64,000 nucleotides of DNA, from contig NEEC01000013.1 in assembly GCA_002189035.1 (NCBI GenBank), positions 1,550,001 to 1,614,000 of the forward strand, written 5' to 3'. The notes beneath the pieces are model-generated. The model had not been told where the DNA came from, did no database searches, and saw nothing but the letters and a program-made list of their open reading frames with translations. Made by a program: the position numbers and the translations under genes. Numbering within the stretch: the stretch's first letter is position 1; each line of letters starts with the position of its first letter. The stretch is from Utricularia gibba (lineage: Eukaryota > Plantae > Magnoliophyta). This document shows positions 39,787-51,944 of the stretch, piece after piece.

Positions 39787-42700
39787 TCACTGCGCAAGTA
39801 GGACATGCGATCGATATTCTCCGAGAGCCCAGATTGGAAATATATTTCGGTATGCAGCATATGTGATCATGCAATTTCTGTTGAACACTCCCATGATTTC
39901 CTGAAGAAAAAAACAAACAAACAAACAAACAAACAGCAGAAATTAGAGAGAGCTTCTGAGACGGAGTGTGACAAGGAAAGCCAGGTTTTTCAAGCGAAGA
40001 ATCAGACTTGCTGAGGAAAATCTCCATCTTCACATTGACAGTTTATAAGGTCTTTAGCAGCTCGGTGGAGTGGCAACGGATCTCTCTCCGCCTTCACAGA
40101 GAGACGAAAGAGAATGCAGAATTTACATCATGAAAGACTTTTGAAGTGGAAAACTCGGAAAAGCTAATTTCAAGGTTAGATGCCAGAAGAGTATACCTGC
40201 CCGGCTGCAATGAGAGACAGCATTGCCCATGCTGTGTTCACTATGTGAGACCTGTCTCCTTCTAAATTTGTATAAACCTTCATAGAGAAAGTTCCACTTC
40301 ATCACTTTCTCAACATGGAACAACATAAACGAATAAACTGACTAGGATTCTCAGCACATTGCAACACGCTCATCACGTACTCAAAGAAATTGGATTCAGA
40401 TGGTTGGAGTTCTCAAATGAAAAACAGAAAACTAATCAACAACATGCAGTTGAAATTTACGCCGTACACAATAAATAGGTGAACGCAAAAGAAGTTGATC
40501 CAGAAATGAGATAGATCCTTGACCTTGTTTTGGCATGAAAGATAACTCTCCCCCCAGCCACCACTAGGAGTCTGCTTAGAGAGAAGAAACTTGCAGGCCA
40601 TACGAATAGCAGATGAATTGGTGAAGTTCCTTCCAGCTGCCACGAGGCCTTTTACACCAAACCAAATAGCATAGGTGAAGCAAACCGCCCATGAACCATA
40701 CCTGCAACAGATTTGTAATATTAAAAAATAATAATAAATTCAAATGTTAAAAAAACAGACATGTGGTAAGAGGTCACTGAAGGTAGTGATTAGAGTGACT
40801 AACTGAGGGGAGAACATGGATAGAATAAGAAAATTAAACATTCATCATAGTTCCACAAATTAGAAGAATGCCATGGAGTAAAGAGGGAAAGAGACCAGGA
40901 GCCGTCAGATGCCTGAATTCTCTCGATAAATTTTGCAGCATTTTCGATACAGGATTGGACTTCCTCCTTCCGGTGCTGAGGATACAATTCTTTAAACGCT
41001 GTTAATGCTTGAATTGCAGCTGAAGTGCATTCAACATATCTACACCGTCACAAAGTTAAGATAAGCAGAAACTTCGAAAAGAATATTGCCTACAACTGGA
41101 AGGACTGGCTTGCGAAGTTACATACGGGGTAGTAATAAATGCCAAAAGAATGCTAAACTTGGAAAAGAGATGTCTTACGGATAATCAATGACTATATCGC
41201 CAAAGGTTTCAGCTGGATTAATCAACTGTTACAAAAGCATAAAGAAAATTAAAATGTAATAAGCTTGATGCAGAAAAAATCACAGAAAAAACATGAGTAG
41301 GCTTCAGATTACAGATTCACATGACAGGCATTGAACAATTCATAATTACAAAAACTGTGGAGTAAAAATGTGTTCCGTGCATTACTGAAGATCATTACTG
41401 CAAAATAAGGCATCTAAATGGCTCAGCATAAAAGCACAGCAGGAAAAAGCAAAAATGTAGTTCACTATTCCATTGATCCAGCAGGAAGCCATATGCCACT
41501 GTTTCCATCAATCCAAATGGAAATTTGGATGAAGTACGACCTTGCAGTGTCTGCTTAAGGCGTACTCTACTATTGTAATGAGAAAAACCCAAGATTTAGG
41601 TGGCCAGTTCCAATAGACTAAATTGAATATACCTCCAACCAGTCATAGGATCTTGTCAGTTCATATGTTGCAAAGCCGCCATCTGGATTCTGCAGAATAG
41701 CACATTATGGGTTAATTGATATAAAAAATACGAAAAATAACACCACCATTAGTGGCAATTTATCCAGAAGCTTCATAATGTATTGAAAAGCATGTCGCAT
41801 GCAATATAATGCTTAGCCAAAATAACTCAACAGTAAATGCTTAGTCCTTGAAACCTTATAATTTAATCTCAGATTAAAAGGCAGGCACCTGAAGAGAGAG
41901 AATAACGTTAACTGCATCATATAAACGCCTTGACTCCACTGGGTCACCTACCAGTTCCCTAGGCAACTTTGACAGCAAGAGGACTGCCTAAAGATTTATA
42001 GTTTGGTTAGCGTGAGTGAACCTGGCATATATATTGTGGTCAAACAGAAATGGAAAAACCGATTCTTGGAGTTACTTACTTTCGCTCCCTCAGCAGTGCA
42101 ATCTGAAATAGGCCACCCATGATCTGCTGTCGAGAATGGCCAAGCACCTTTAGAAATGTGGCGGTGCCATTGTGCTAAATTTCCAGGGCAATCGTCTAAG
42201 ACCTTAAGATGATATTCAGGATGGAGGATAAAAGAAGCACGAACTTTCGAAGTAACCAGATAAATATGGAACAGCATCACGGAAAATGAAAGTTAACCTG
42301 TGACTTTTTTAAGTATTCATGAGCCCGTTTTAATGTTGGGCCGAATTCATTCACAAGGTTTGAAGAAGCTATCGCTTGAACTGCAAAAGCAGTATCCCAC
42401 AATTGACTTCCGTTGTATCCCTTACAAAAAAAAAGGTACAGAATAGCAGAGTCAGAAATGCAGCTTTGCTTCATAAGTATCTATCACTGCATTGCCAACT
42501 GCGGAACTGCTGCTAGCTCACCAAAACACATACAAAAAATTTAAAACGAACCCAAATTATGGTCAGAAGGAATGCAAAACACATTAAAGACACTTAAGTG
42601 TGAAGCGCTTTTAGCCAAAACAAAACAGAAATTGAATTTAACCATGCTCATAGAGACAACACCCCCCCCCCCCAAAAAAAAAAACAAAAAGATTCAAACT

Positions 42701-45176
42701 CTATTCCATTATCATGCAAACCTGCATTTTCATGCCATCTTCTGCAATCCACAAGTAATCATAGACTCTTGGAAGATGTAGCTTAAAAGCTTCTGAATTC
42801 GGATCTTCCACCCAACAGCAAAGCATATTAAGCACCTACAAACATTTAATCAAATGTTACATCAGATGTTAACAAACTGTAGATTTATATCTGTGCACAA
42901 TGGAGCACTTGGCAAACGGCTTCACAGTGAATAGTTACATAGTAGTTTAGTTTGAAAAGGACAATGAAGCATAGAATACCTTCCTAAGGGTATAATAACT
43001 GTTAGAATATCCTATAATATATGGAATCCCAATTTCAATTTGTTTTGATGTCGCAATATAAAAATTGTCAGAAATACCTTGTTTACAGGTCCTATGCATA
43101 TGTAACGGGTATTTTCATCTTCATAGTGAATATGCTCCATAGTCATAGATAGTGCGTGATCTCTCAACTTCTTCCCTGGCCAGTTCATTAAAACAGGTTC
43201 CACAACTTTATGAAGAAGGTCCCAAAGTATATCCTGTACAAAAGGGTGTGGATAGTATAGGTCTTCCTGTACAAAGAGAGAATATAAATAGTCAGCATGG
43301 AAATTAAGCCAGAAAAATAATGAAAAATGAAGATTCTGGATGACCTCAGACTGTTAATCTTTTAGAGGTTGAATTATAAAACTATAAACAGGAATACTTT
43401 TTTAACCTTTGCACACTCATTACGGGCTCTATTCCAATCAACATCGTGGTATGGAACCGTATAAAGCTCCTTCCTCAGTGATAAGACGGTTGGCGTAATG
43501 GGCCCTACGAGCCGTTTCCCATATAAGTAGGACATAGGGAGATACACCATTCGACAATGGCACCACATCCTTCCTGCCATGCAACGAAGTGCTTCTTGTG
43601 AGTGGGAGTAGTTTATTATAGCTACCAATAAAAAGTAACATCAAAAAATAGGGTGAAAAGTTATATGTGCGTATATGAACAAGGGAGGCAATAAAACCTG
43701 GATGGAAAGGAAGAAAATACGGAAGCAGCCACGTCTCAGGTGGCAGAGGATTGTTTCCAGACCAATCAAAAACCCCGAGTACCTAAACAAATCGAAAGAA
43801 AACCATAATGAAAAGAAACAGAGAGCACCTCACAGATCAATACATTAAAATATTTAAGAGGTAATTTTAACCGAGAGCCACATCTTTCCCCAGGATGTGA
43901 TTGCTGTAACTCCTCCATGATTTAAAATCCAGTCCCGGGCTTTCTCCATTGCTCCATCTCCATCGTTTGCTCCCTCTCCAAGCAATCTCAGTGTAACATA
44001 GTTCAAAGCAGAGCCAAACATTGTGCTTGGTCCTTCAATATGAAGGCCCCATCCACCATCTTTGTTCTGTTGGAAATGCAAAACTATGCGTCATCATCTA
44101 ACTCTAGAATGCTTCAGGAAATATTATAAATTACAACATAACTCCAAGCCAACGGCTGCTGATAACATCTAACACAGTCGTCACCTGATGGTTGTAAAGG
44201 TAGCGACAGATCTCACGCCTGTGCTCTTTTGACAGAATGGCATTTAATGCCCCAGTGATAGACAATGTAATAACCTATTGCAAGAGGAGGGGAAAAAACA
44301 TAAGTAATGTACACACGTTTCCATAGCTTGCTCTGAATATCTCAGAATAATATTTGGGAGCCAAAGAGACTGAGATTCCACGATTGATTTCAGATGAAAA
44401 TCATATGAGTTAATTCTTGGTGCCAACCAGTGAAAATAACGGGAAACCTCGTTTTCTTTTTACTATATGGGGCTAATCACATGTTCATGCATATTGGGCT
44501 TATTTCCAATATGAAGAGTAAGGATGCAGGGATAATTCAAGCTGAATTGCGTGCACCTCCTCATTTGGCCTGACAGAGTGGAACAGAAAAATGAAATGTC
44601 AACACGTACCAGGCCTGGTAAAAGAAACATCGGACCAGCATAGTCTCCAGGCCAATGACCGTCATGAGCCTGCAATGTTGAATGGAAGCTGATGGCTCTC
44701 CTCAAAGTATTAGCAACTTTATCTTCTGTAATATCTTCAATGTTTTGCACATATTCTTGAGGCAAATTCTTTTCTCCTGGGTTCTCCTTCCGTAACTATT
44801 ATTCAGAAGATAGACTTATGAAGATTACTTCATAACCACAACCTACTTCTTTGTGCGGAACTTTTGTTTCAGAAAATACAAAGAACCAAAAATAGAATCA
44901 GAGCAAACTTCAGAACATGGAACATGTTATTTTAAGAACCTCAAAAGAAGTTCAAGTGCATATAGTTGGCTCACTGAACTTGAAGCCTCATGAGAAGATC
45001 TGAGGAATGTTTTTTCTCGAATCGCGTGCTGCGGAATTGATCTCGCATCTTCTCAATCTCCGCGAGCTCTTCAGGTGAACCAACATTAGGATCAAACTCC
45101 CAAACTTGACGTCCAACATGCTCATTCAACGTCCGCAACCATGGGCTTGACCCTCAGCGATTTTCAACTTCCACAT
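39787..45176 (-). CDS. CAS1: Cycloartenol synthase (2,3-oxidosqualene cyclase), multi-exon, with an apparent frameshift at 45151-45153
   Basis: [72 protein letters not shown] motifs and the end [14 protein letters not shown]. The MWCHCR and IGPVNK residues are CAS-type rather than beta-amyrin synthase-type. Confidence 0.93.
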
Positions 45177-46123
45177 TGTGCTAATAACTAATGGAAAGGC
45201 TGAAATGAAAATTTTTATCCAATTCCATCAGAGCAGAACAAAGGCTAAAGCTTTTTAGAGAAAAAAAAAACTAAACTGCAGTGATAAAAAAAAAAAAAAA
45301 AAAAGAAAGAACGAAAAATCCAACGAAACGAAAAAAACTGCAGACGACATTACGTTCTGTGGTATAGAGCGTCCGTACAATAACTATCTACAGGAAACTG
45401 ATTCCAATGACTTTCATCACCATAGCTACAGCTTGTTTGGCTAACAGGAATTCACATACAGGGTAAAATACAACTTAAAAGACTAATTCACACAGCACGA
45501 CGGCCAGAATCGCCACCATCGTTCAAACATTTTACATTAAAATTCGATTTCGAATCATCTTCACCGTAGCTACGAGCAAAAAATCAATGCACTTACACCA
45601 GAGACGTAGCGGATGACGCCTGCTGAGATCTAGAAGACAATGAGTTTGTAAAGCAAGAAACTGTCAAAATCAGAGCGCGCTGGCGGAGAACAGCTGGTAT
45701 CTTTATTCATTTATTAATTAATATCCTTAATAAAGCCACTGGAACACACGTAATCCATTACGCCCATTAATTACAATACGTAACAGCCCAGCCCATATGA
45801 AAATGTCACAGTAGCAGGATTGAAATGATCTCTTATAATATTTCTACAATAAGTTAAACCTAATTCAATCCATTATGAAAAATATTAACTCAAAATCACG
45901 AGTAATATTGATTAAATAAAAAATTAATTAAAAAATTATATTTATATAATAATTTAATATATTAAATTTACAATATATAATTTATGTTATTACATTTTAT
46001 AATATTTTATAATATTTTATGAAATAATTTTATAATTTCAAATTAATTTTATTTACATAATTTCAAAACTAATTTTTATTATACGTAACAATACATTATC
46101 ATCCACTCATTCACCTTGAAGAA

Positions 46124-46178
46124 ATAAATACCTCCCTTTGTTCTAGAAGCATAAATTACCTCCCTTTGTTCTAGAAGC
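46124..46178. repeat. 27-28 bp direct tandem duplication
   Basis: ataaa(t)tacctccctttgttctagaagc occurs twice in tandem. Confidence 0.85.
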
Positions 46179-46443
46179 ATTGAGCCCAACTCAACAATGA
46201 TTCCAGGCCCAAGCCTGGATCCAGAAAATCGATAATAAGTACCCTGCAGGCCCATTTTAAAGAAACACATCTGTGCTAACGAGAATCGCATGGGGCTTCT
46301 CAGACGAACGTGATGAGCAAGGAGCCAACTTTATGTAGTCTCTCCGATGTTCCTCGTGTGCCACTTTCTTTTTCTCTCCATACATGTATATAGAGATATG
46401 CAGCTTAGTAAAACTATACCTGTAGTGCAAACTTCATTCAACC

Positions 46444-47125
46444 ATGTTGTTGCCTGACTTCATCGCCCGTTGCTTGAATCGCTTCACCGACCTGCAGCCA
46501 GAAGAAAAGGGTGAGCATCCTGATGATGGTTGCGTCGTTGCAACTCCGGTGAATGGAGTGGACGCTTCGTATGTTCGAGTTCTTGAAGTTACGCATCAGC
46601 TTTACAGTCTTGAACAGGGGGATATGGCGACAACAGCGTACCTGCACAAGGCCAGGGCGTTGGCTGATCAGATGGCGGCGGCTGGCAGGCCAATTACGCT
46701 TTCAGAGTTCAATATCTTTGTGTTGAAAGGGTTGAGATCGGACTTCAGGGATATGGTGACGACGCTGGCTGCGCAGTGGGTTCCTCTTTCTTTCCCCGAA
46801 CTCCATAGTTTGCTCCTGAGTCATGAGTTCATCCATGGCAACCAAGTAGACATTTTGTCGAGCACCTTACATCCGCGTTGTTCATCAAGCTGTACTGCGA
46901 AATCCTCCATGATCACGTCGTCTGATCAATTGGTCAGTAGGGATCATCAGTCTCCACTCAGACACTACATGGCTCCGGAGTTTCGAAACTGCGGCAACCA
47001 TAAAGATCAAATTGCAGACATTTCGTCGAACATCTTACATACCAGCTGCTCTCCCCACAATACCGAGACATCCCCTTACTTTCAGCTTCCACGATCGACA
47101 TTTCGGATTATTTCGTGAATGGGGA
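46444..47125 (+). mobile_element. Internally deleted Ty1-copia (RE1-like) remnant: gag fused to the RNase H tail
   Basis: Gag/UBN2-like YLHKARALADQMAAAGRPITLSEFNIFVLKGLRSDF...LSFPELHSLLLSHE is followed directly by KDQIADIS (cf. the copia RNase H end DQIADIFTK). No RT, integrase or clear LTRs. Confidence 0.8.
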
Positions 47126-47201
47126 TCATCAAACGCCACCAAAAACCTACATAAACCAACCGGATTTTCAAAGCTGCGGCAACAATCCTCGCCCTGAGGC
47201 A

Positions 47202-49702
47202 ATGGCTGTGAGCAAATCCATCAAGGTGGAGAACAAAAATTTGGAACAGCAGAAGGATCAAGATGACAATACTTGGATCAGACGTGATGATTTTCCAGGA
47301 GATTTCGTATTCGGAACAGCCACTTCTTCGTATCAGGTTCGTGAAATCACCGCCATCTTCCATGCAAGCACAAGTTAAGGTCCCCCAATCATTACCGGCT
47401 ATATATCTTTTCAAATTTCAATTATCAAGTCCTCCAAATCTTCTATTATTGCGGATCTACCCACAAACCTTACTTTTTTATTATTTTCAGCCCATTTATA
47501 TGGGTAAACTTGTCATTTCCCCTAGAAAATAATGATATATTTTGCAGTTTGAAGGAGCAGCAGCACAGGGTGGGAGAGGCCTTAGTGTGTGGGATATCTT
47601 CACACTGGAGACTCCTGGTCACTCTCATTCCCTTAACCATTTCGATTTCAAAAATGTATTCCCATCGGAGCTTATTTAACCCTGTGTTCATTCAGATCGG
47701 ATCTTCGACGGATCCAACGGAAACACCGCAGTCGATATGTACAACAGATACAAAGAAGACATTGCCATGATGAAGAAAATGGGGCTTGATGCTTGCCGGA
47801 TCTCAATTTCATGGCCAAGGGTCTTGCCTGGTAGTTGTCTGTAACAAAAAGAAAACTATGGTTTTCGATCTGGAGTTACATGCATTCGTTTCCCTCATCA
47901 GGTGGACGGCTTACTGCTGGGATCAGCAGGGAAGGAATCAAGTTCTACAACGACCTGATAGATTGCTTTCTTGCCAGCGGCATAGAGCCTTATGTTACCT
48001 TGTTTCATTGGGATCTTCCCTATTGCTTGGAAAAGGAGTATGGGGGGTTTCTCAACCAGAAAATTGTGTACGCCTTTTCTTAACGTGCGGATCTTCCCTA
48101 TTGCTTGGTATATTATGTATGAGATCATGCATGTTTCAGAGAGGATTTTCGCGACTTTGCGGAGTTATGCTTTTGGGAATTCGGTGATCGTGTGAAGTCA
48201 TGGATAACTTTGAACGAGCCATGGAGCTACTGCACTTCGGGCTACGTTACAGGGAAATTCCCGCCTAGCAAAGCTGTGGCCTCTGCTGAGAAGATTGGGA
48301 AGAACTTCACTACTTATAGAGCCATTCATGATCCCAAGGTCCATGTTCCAACTTCAAACCTTGGATCGGATCAAGCTAAGGATGCTTACATCGTTGCCAA
48401 GAACCTTCTCCTCGCACACGCAGCTGCGGTTCACTCTTACCGAACCAAGTTTCAGGTACTAGGAAATTGTTCCTTGTCGTTTTTAATATGATCAGAGATC
48501 ACGTCGATGTGGGGGGTTCTTTTTTTTCAATGTTAGGAGCATCAAGAAGGAAAGATTGGAATAGTTCTGTGTTGCCAATGGTACGAGCCCTACGTTGCGA
48601 GCTCCACAGACGACATCGTCGCCTCGAAGCGAGCCATGGATTTCATGATGGGATGGTAATCTCCAAACTCCCATGCATTTCTCTTGTTCTAAATCTTCTC
48701 GTCTAAACTTTGTCGAGTTTCAGGTATCTGGAGCCAGTGTTGTACGGAAAGTATCCACAAAGCATGACAGACTTTGTGCCGTCGTCTAACCTACCGGAAT
48801 TCTCAGAAGAGGAATCGGAGTTGCTCAAGGGATCCATCGATTTTCTCGGTCTGAACTACTACACGGCGAACTACGTTGCCAACGACAACCACCCCAACTC
48901 GGAGCAAGCCTACTACAAGGATCAAAGGGTTGCTTTCCACAGTAAGTTCAGAAGCCTCTCCTTCTTCAGATTGAATGCCAAGTAACTCGATCTTCCTTTT
49001 CCCCTTCCCAGCTGAAAGAGATGGAAAACCAATCGGAGCTCTGGTGCCTACTGTTTCCTCCCCAAAGCTTCTCTGCTTTTCTCTACCAATCATCTGAAAC
49101 ATGATCGTCTCTCGTTTCATCGCAGGGAGGTTCCACATGGCTGTATGTGGTTCCATGGGGAGTACACAAGCTCCTCACTCACATCAAGAACACATATCCA
49201 AACATTCCTCCAATTTACATCACAGAGAATGGTACACAATCTACCTCATCTGATCTACAATTTACAGTACATTCCTTCTATCTTCATGTATCGAATCCAA
49301 CCGCACACAGGCTTGGATGAGAAGAGCGATTGCAGGCTTACAGCTTACGATGTCTGTCGAGACAAGATGAGGGTGAAGTATCACCAAGACCATCTAGCAT
49401 ACATCCTCAAAGCAATACAGTAAGCTTCCCACAACTCCCCCTCCATGATCACCTCTCCTTCTTCTTCTCCGCCACTCTGCGTGCATCACAGGGAAGGAGT
49501 TGAGGTGAAAGGGTACTTCATCTGGTCCTGGTGCGACAATTTCGAATGGTACGAAGGGTACACGGTTCGGTTCGGCATCGTCTACATCGATTTCATCAAC
49601 AACCTCGCCAGATACCCTAAAAGCTCCGCCGTCTGGTACGCCAAGTTCCTGAAAAAACGAAGCGGGAACAGAAGCAGCAGGAGCATCGTCTCCTCCGAGT
49701 AG
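47202..49702 (+). CDS. BGLU: GH1 beta-glucosidase without signal peptide (raucaffricine/strictosidine/oleuropein glucosidase-like), 11 exons
   Basis: [32 protein letters not shown], the acid/base motif TLNEPW, the nucleophile motif IYITENG, and [22 protein letters not shown]. All exons have GT-AG junctions. Confidence 0.93.
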
Positions 49703-51944
49703 AAGACATGGATGGAACTTGAAGAATGCCGCTTGTATCTTCTTGTCCCCTGGATCACTCTACACGTTGATGCAGCGGATTGCATGGAGTGTGAGATCTT
49801 ATCTTATCTCATCCACACCAATGAATAATCTTGGATAATTTCCACCGCAAAGACTCAAAAGGAGATTTTTTTTTTTGAAAAAAAATTTATATTTTTCTAT
49901 TTTTATATGATAAAAATAATTAAAAATATCTAATTATGAGTACAAAATGTAAATGATATACATTTTATATAATTATTTAAAATATTAAATGGATAAAATA
50001 TTCACTTATGTCACTTTAAATCATCAAATATATTGATTTATCACAACTGATATAAGTTTTAACTTTTGGTAATTTGAATGATGAATATTTGTTTTATTTT
50101 ATATTTATGACAGTTCACTAAAATGAATAATGTAAGTATATTAGATAAATTTTATATCGGTTATGAACGAGTTAAATGTACAACATATATAGAATAAACT
50201 TCTTTAGTTTTGTATGAAATCTTTTTTTCAAAAGAAAAAAATGTAAAATTATAATAATTATATATTTGAAACGAATAATATTATGTAAGATAAGAATTAA
50301 TCATTACATTCGATTTTGGATAATTTAGAGTATAATATATGAAATAATTTTTATAAATATTACACAATGAATGTCATCCAAAATAAATTAATATTTTCAC
50401 AACAAAAAACAATTAATAAAAAAAACTTTAGTTTGTGTAGGTGGATGCCAAAGGGCCACTTGGGCTTATCGTCAAGGGATGGGGACACCAAGGGGGGAAA
50501 AGGTGGGTATGTATTTATGATTGCTTCTTAATTATTATCATTATATTATTTACAATTGGTAATATACAAAATAAATATATTATTAATAAAAAATAAATAA
50601 GGGTGTCTGGTTTTGGTAGGCGACCGGGGCTCCGCCGAGGAGGAGTTCCTAAAAATAGGGGAAATTTCGTGCTAAATAAAGAAATAAAGGTGGAGTAGGC
50701 TACTATTCTTAGCATCGGAGGGGCTTATTTATCTTATCGGAAGCATGAGACGGGGATGCGCCTTGGCCTGGCTTCTTTCTCTATATATACCGGAGGCAAA
50801 GCCTGGGTGGGGGTGACGGAATGGGATTGGGAGTGTGTGGCGTGAGAAGGAGGAGACGGGATGGCAGCCAAGGATGACTTGCCGGAGTACGATTCTCCGG
50901 TGGCCGGCGACGGCCATTGTTTCCGGCCAGTTGTCCTTGGCTACGATTGGGTTTTCCCTTATCACTCCACGCTCTCACCATTCTTCTTCCGGACCTGCTT
51001 TCTGCTCCCGGCTCTTCTTCCACCACATAAAATGGATCTAATCCTCTCAGCTTTTGGGTCCTCCCTCAATAAAAAAACCACCACCGCGCTTTCATTTCAT
51101 GTGAACAACACACCAGGGTTTTGAACGGTAGTCTACATTGCAAGCTGATCTTCAAACACAGTTCCAGGGCTTGGGTTTTATTCAGTGCATATGTTTGTAC
51201 TCCCGGCATTTAAGGCGTGTTCCTCAAATAAATTATTCTATAATTTCATTATCATCTACGACACATTCATCTTCTTATTTTCGCATTAAACTCTCATCCA
51301 AATTTCAAGAAAATTTTACAAGTAAAAAATAAAGGTAGAACCCCAAATTATTATAAGATTCTGAATAAAAACCTTAAAGATATGTTTTGTAAATAATGTT
51401 TGATTGGTTTTAGAAAACTTAAAATTAATGTTAGATATATATAATCATAAAACAAAATAATAATTATATTTTATATTAAATATAAAATACGATATAAATT
51501 GCAAATTTAAATTTGCAAACAATAGTTTATCTTAAACCAAATTTTAAACATACGACAAAAGGGCACTAATTAATCCAACATAATGTTAACACCATGGTTT
51601 GGGTGTTTCGAAAGATGGCTGCGGGAGGTGATAATGCTATTTATTTTAGTGGACAGACATAGAGATGAAGTGATAATGCTATTTTCGCCTCCTTCGCTCT
51701 ACAGTTTCCAGCTCATAATTGGATTTTATTATATTAACCTCACTTAAGAGTATTAATAAGCTATTAAAAACTAATCAACTTTTTTTATTCCATGTGCTAC
51801 ATCAGATAATACTCAAATAGCAACTAGAAAGCCTTTCCAAGATGAGCTGCTGCCTTTTCCTAAAAGCATTCTAATCATGTAGCAAAAGGAAAGGAAACCA
51901 CTCTCGTTTCATGGGGTCACTAGGCGCATTATTCATCTACTTGG

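Noticed and set aside
39787-49702. Oxidosqualene cyclase plus glucosidase as a triterpene biosynthetic gene cluster
   Set aside because: The cyclase has CAS-type residues, and there is no P450, UGT or acyltransferase in the window.
50449-51130. GC-rich block with several 65-87 aa ORFs
   Set aside because: ORFs overlap on both strands with no motif, and no TIR or TSD was identified. Unassigned.
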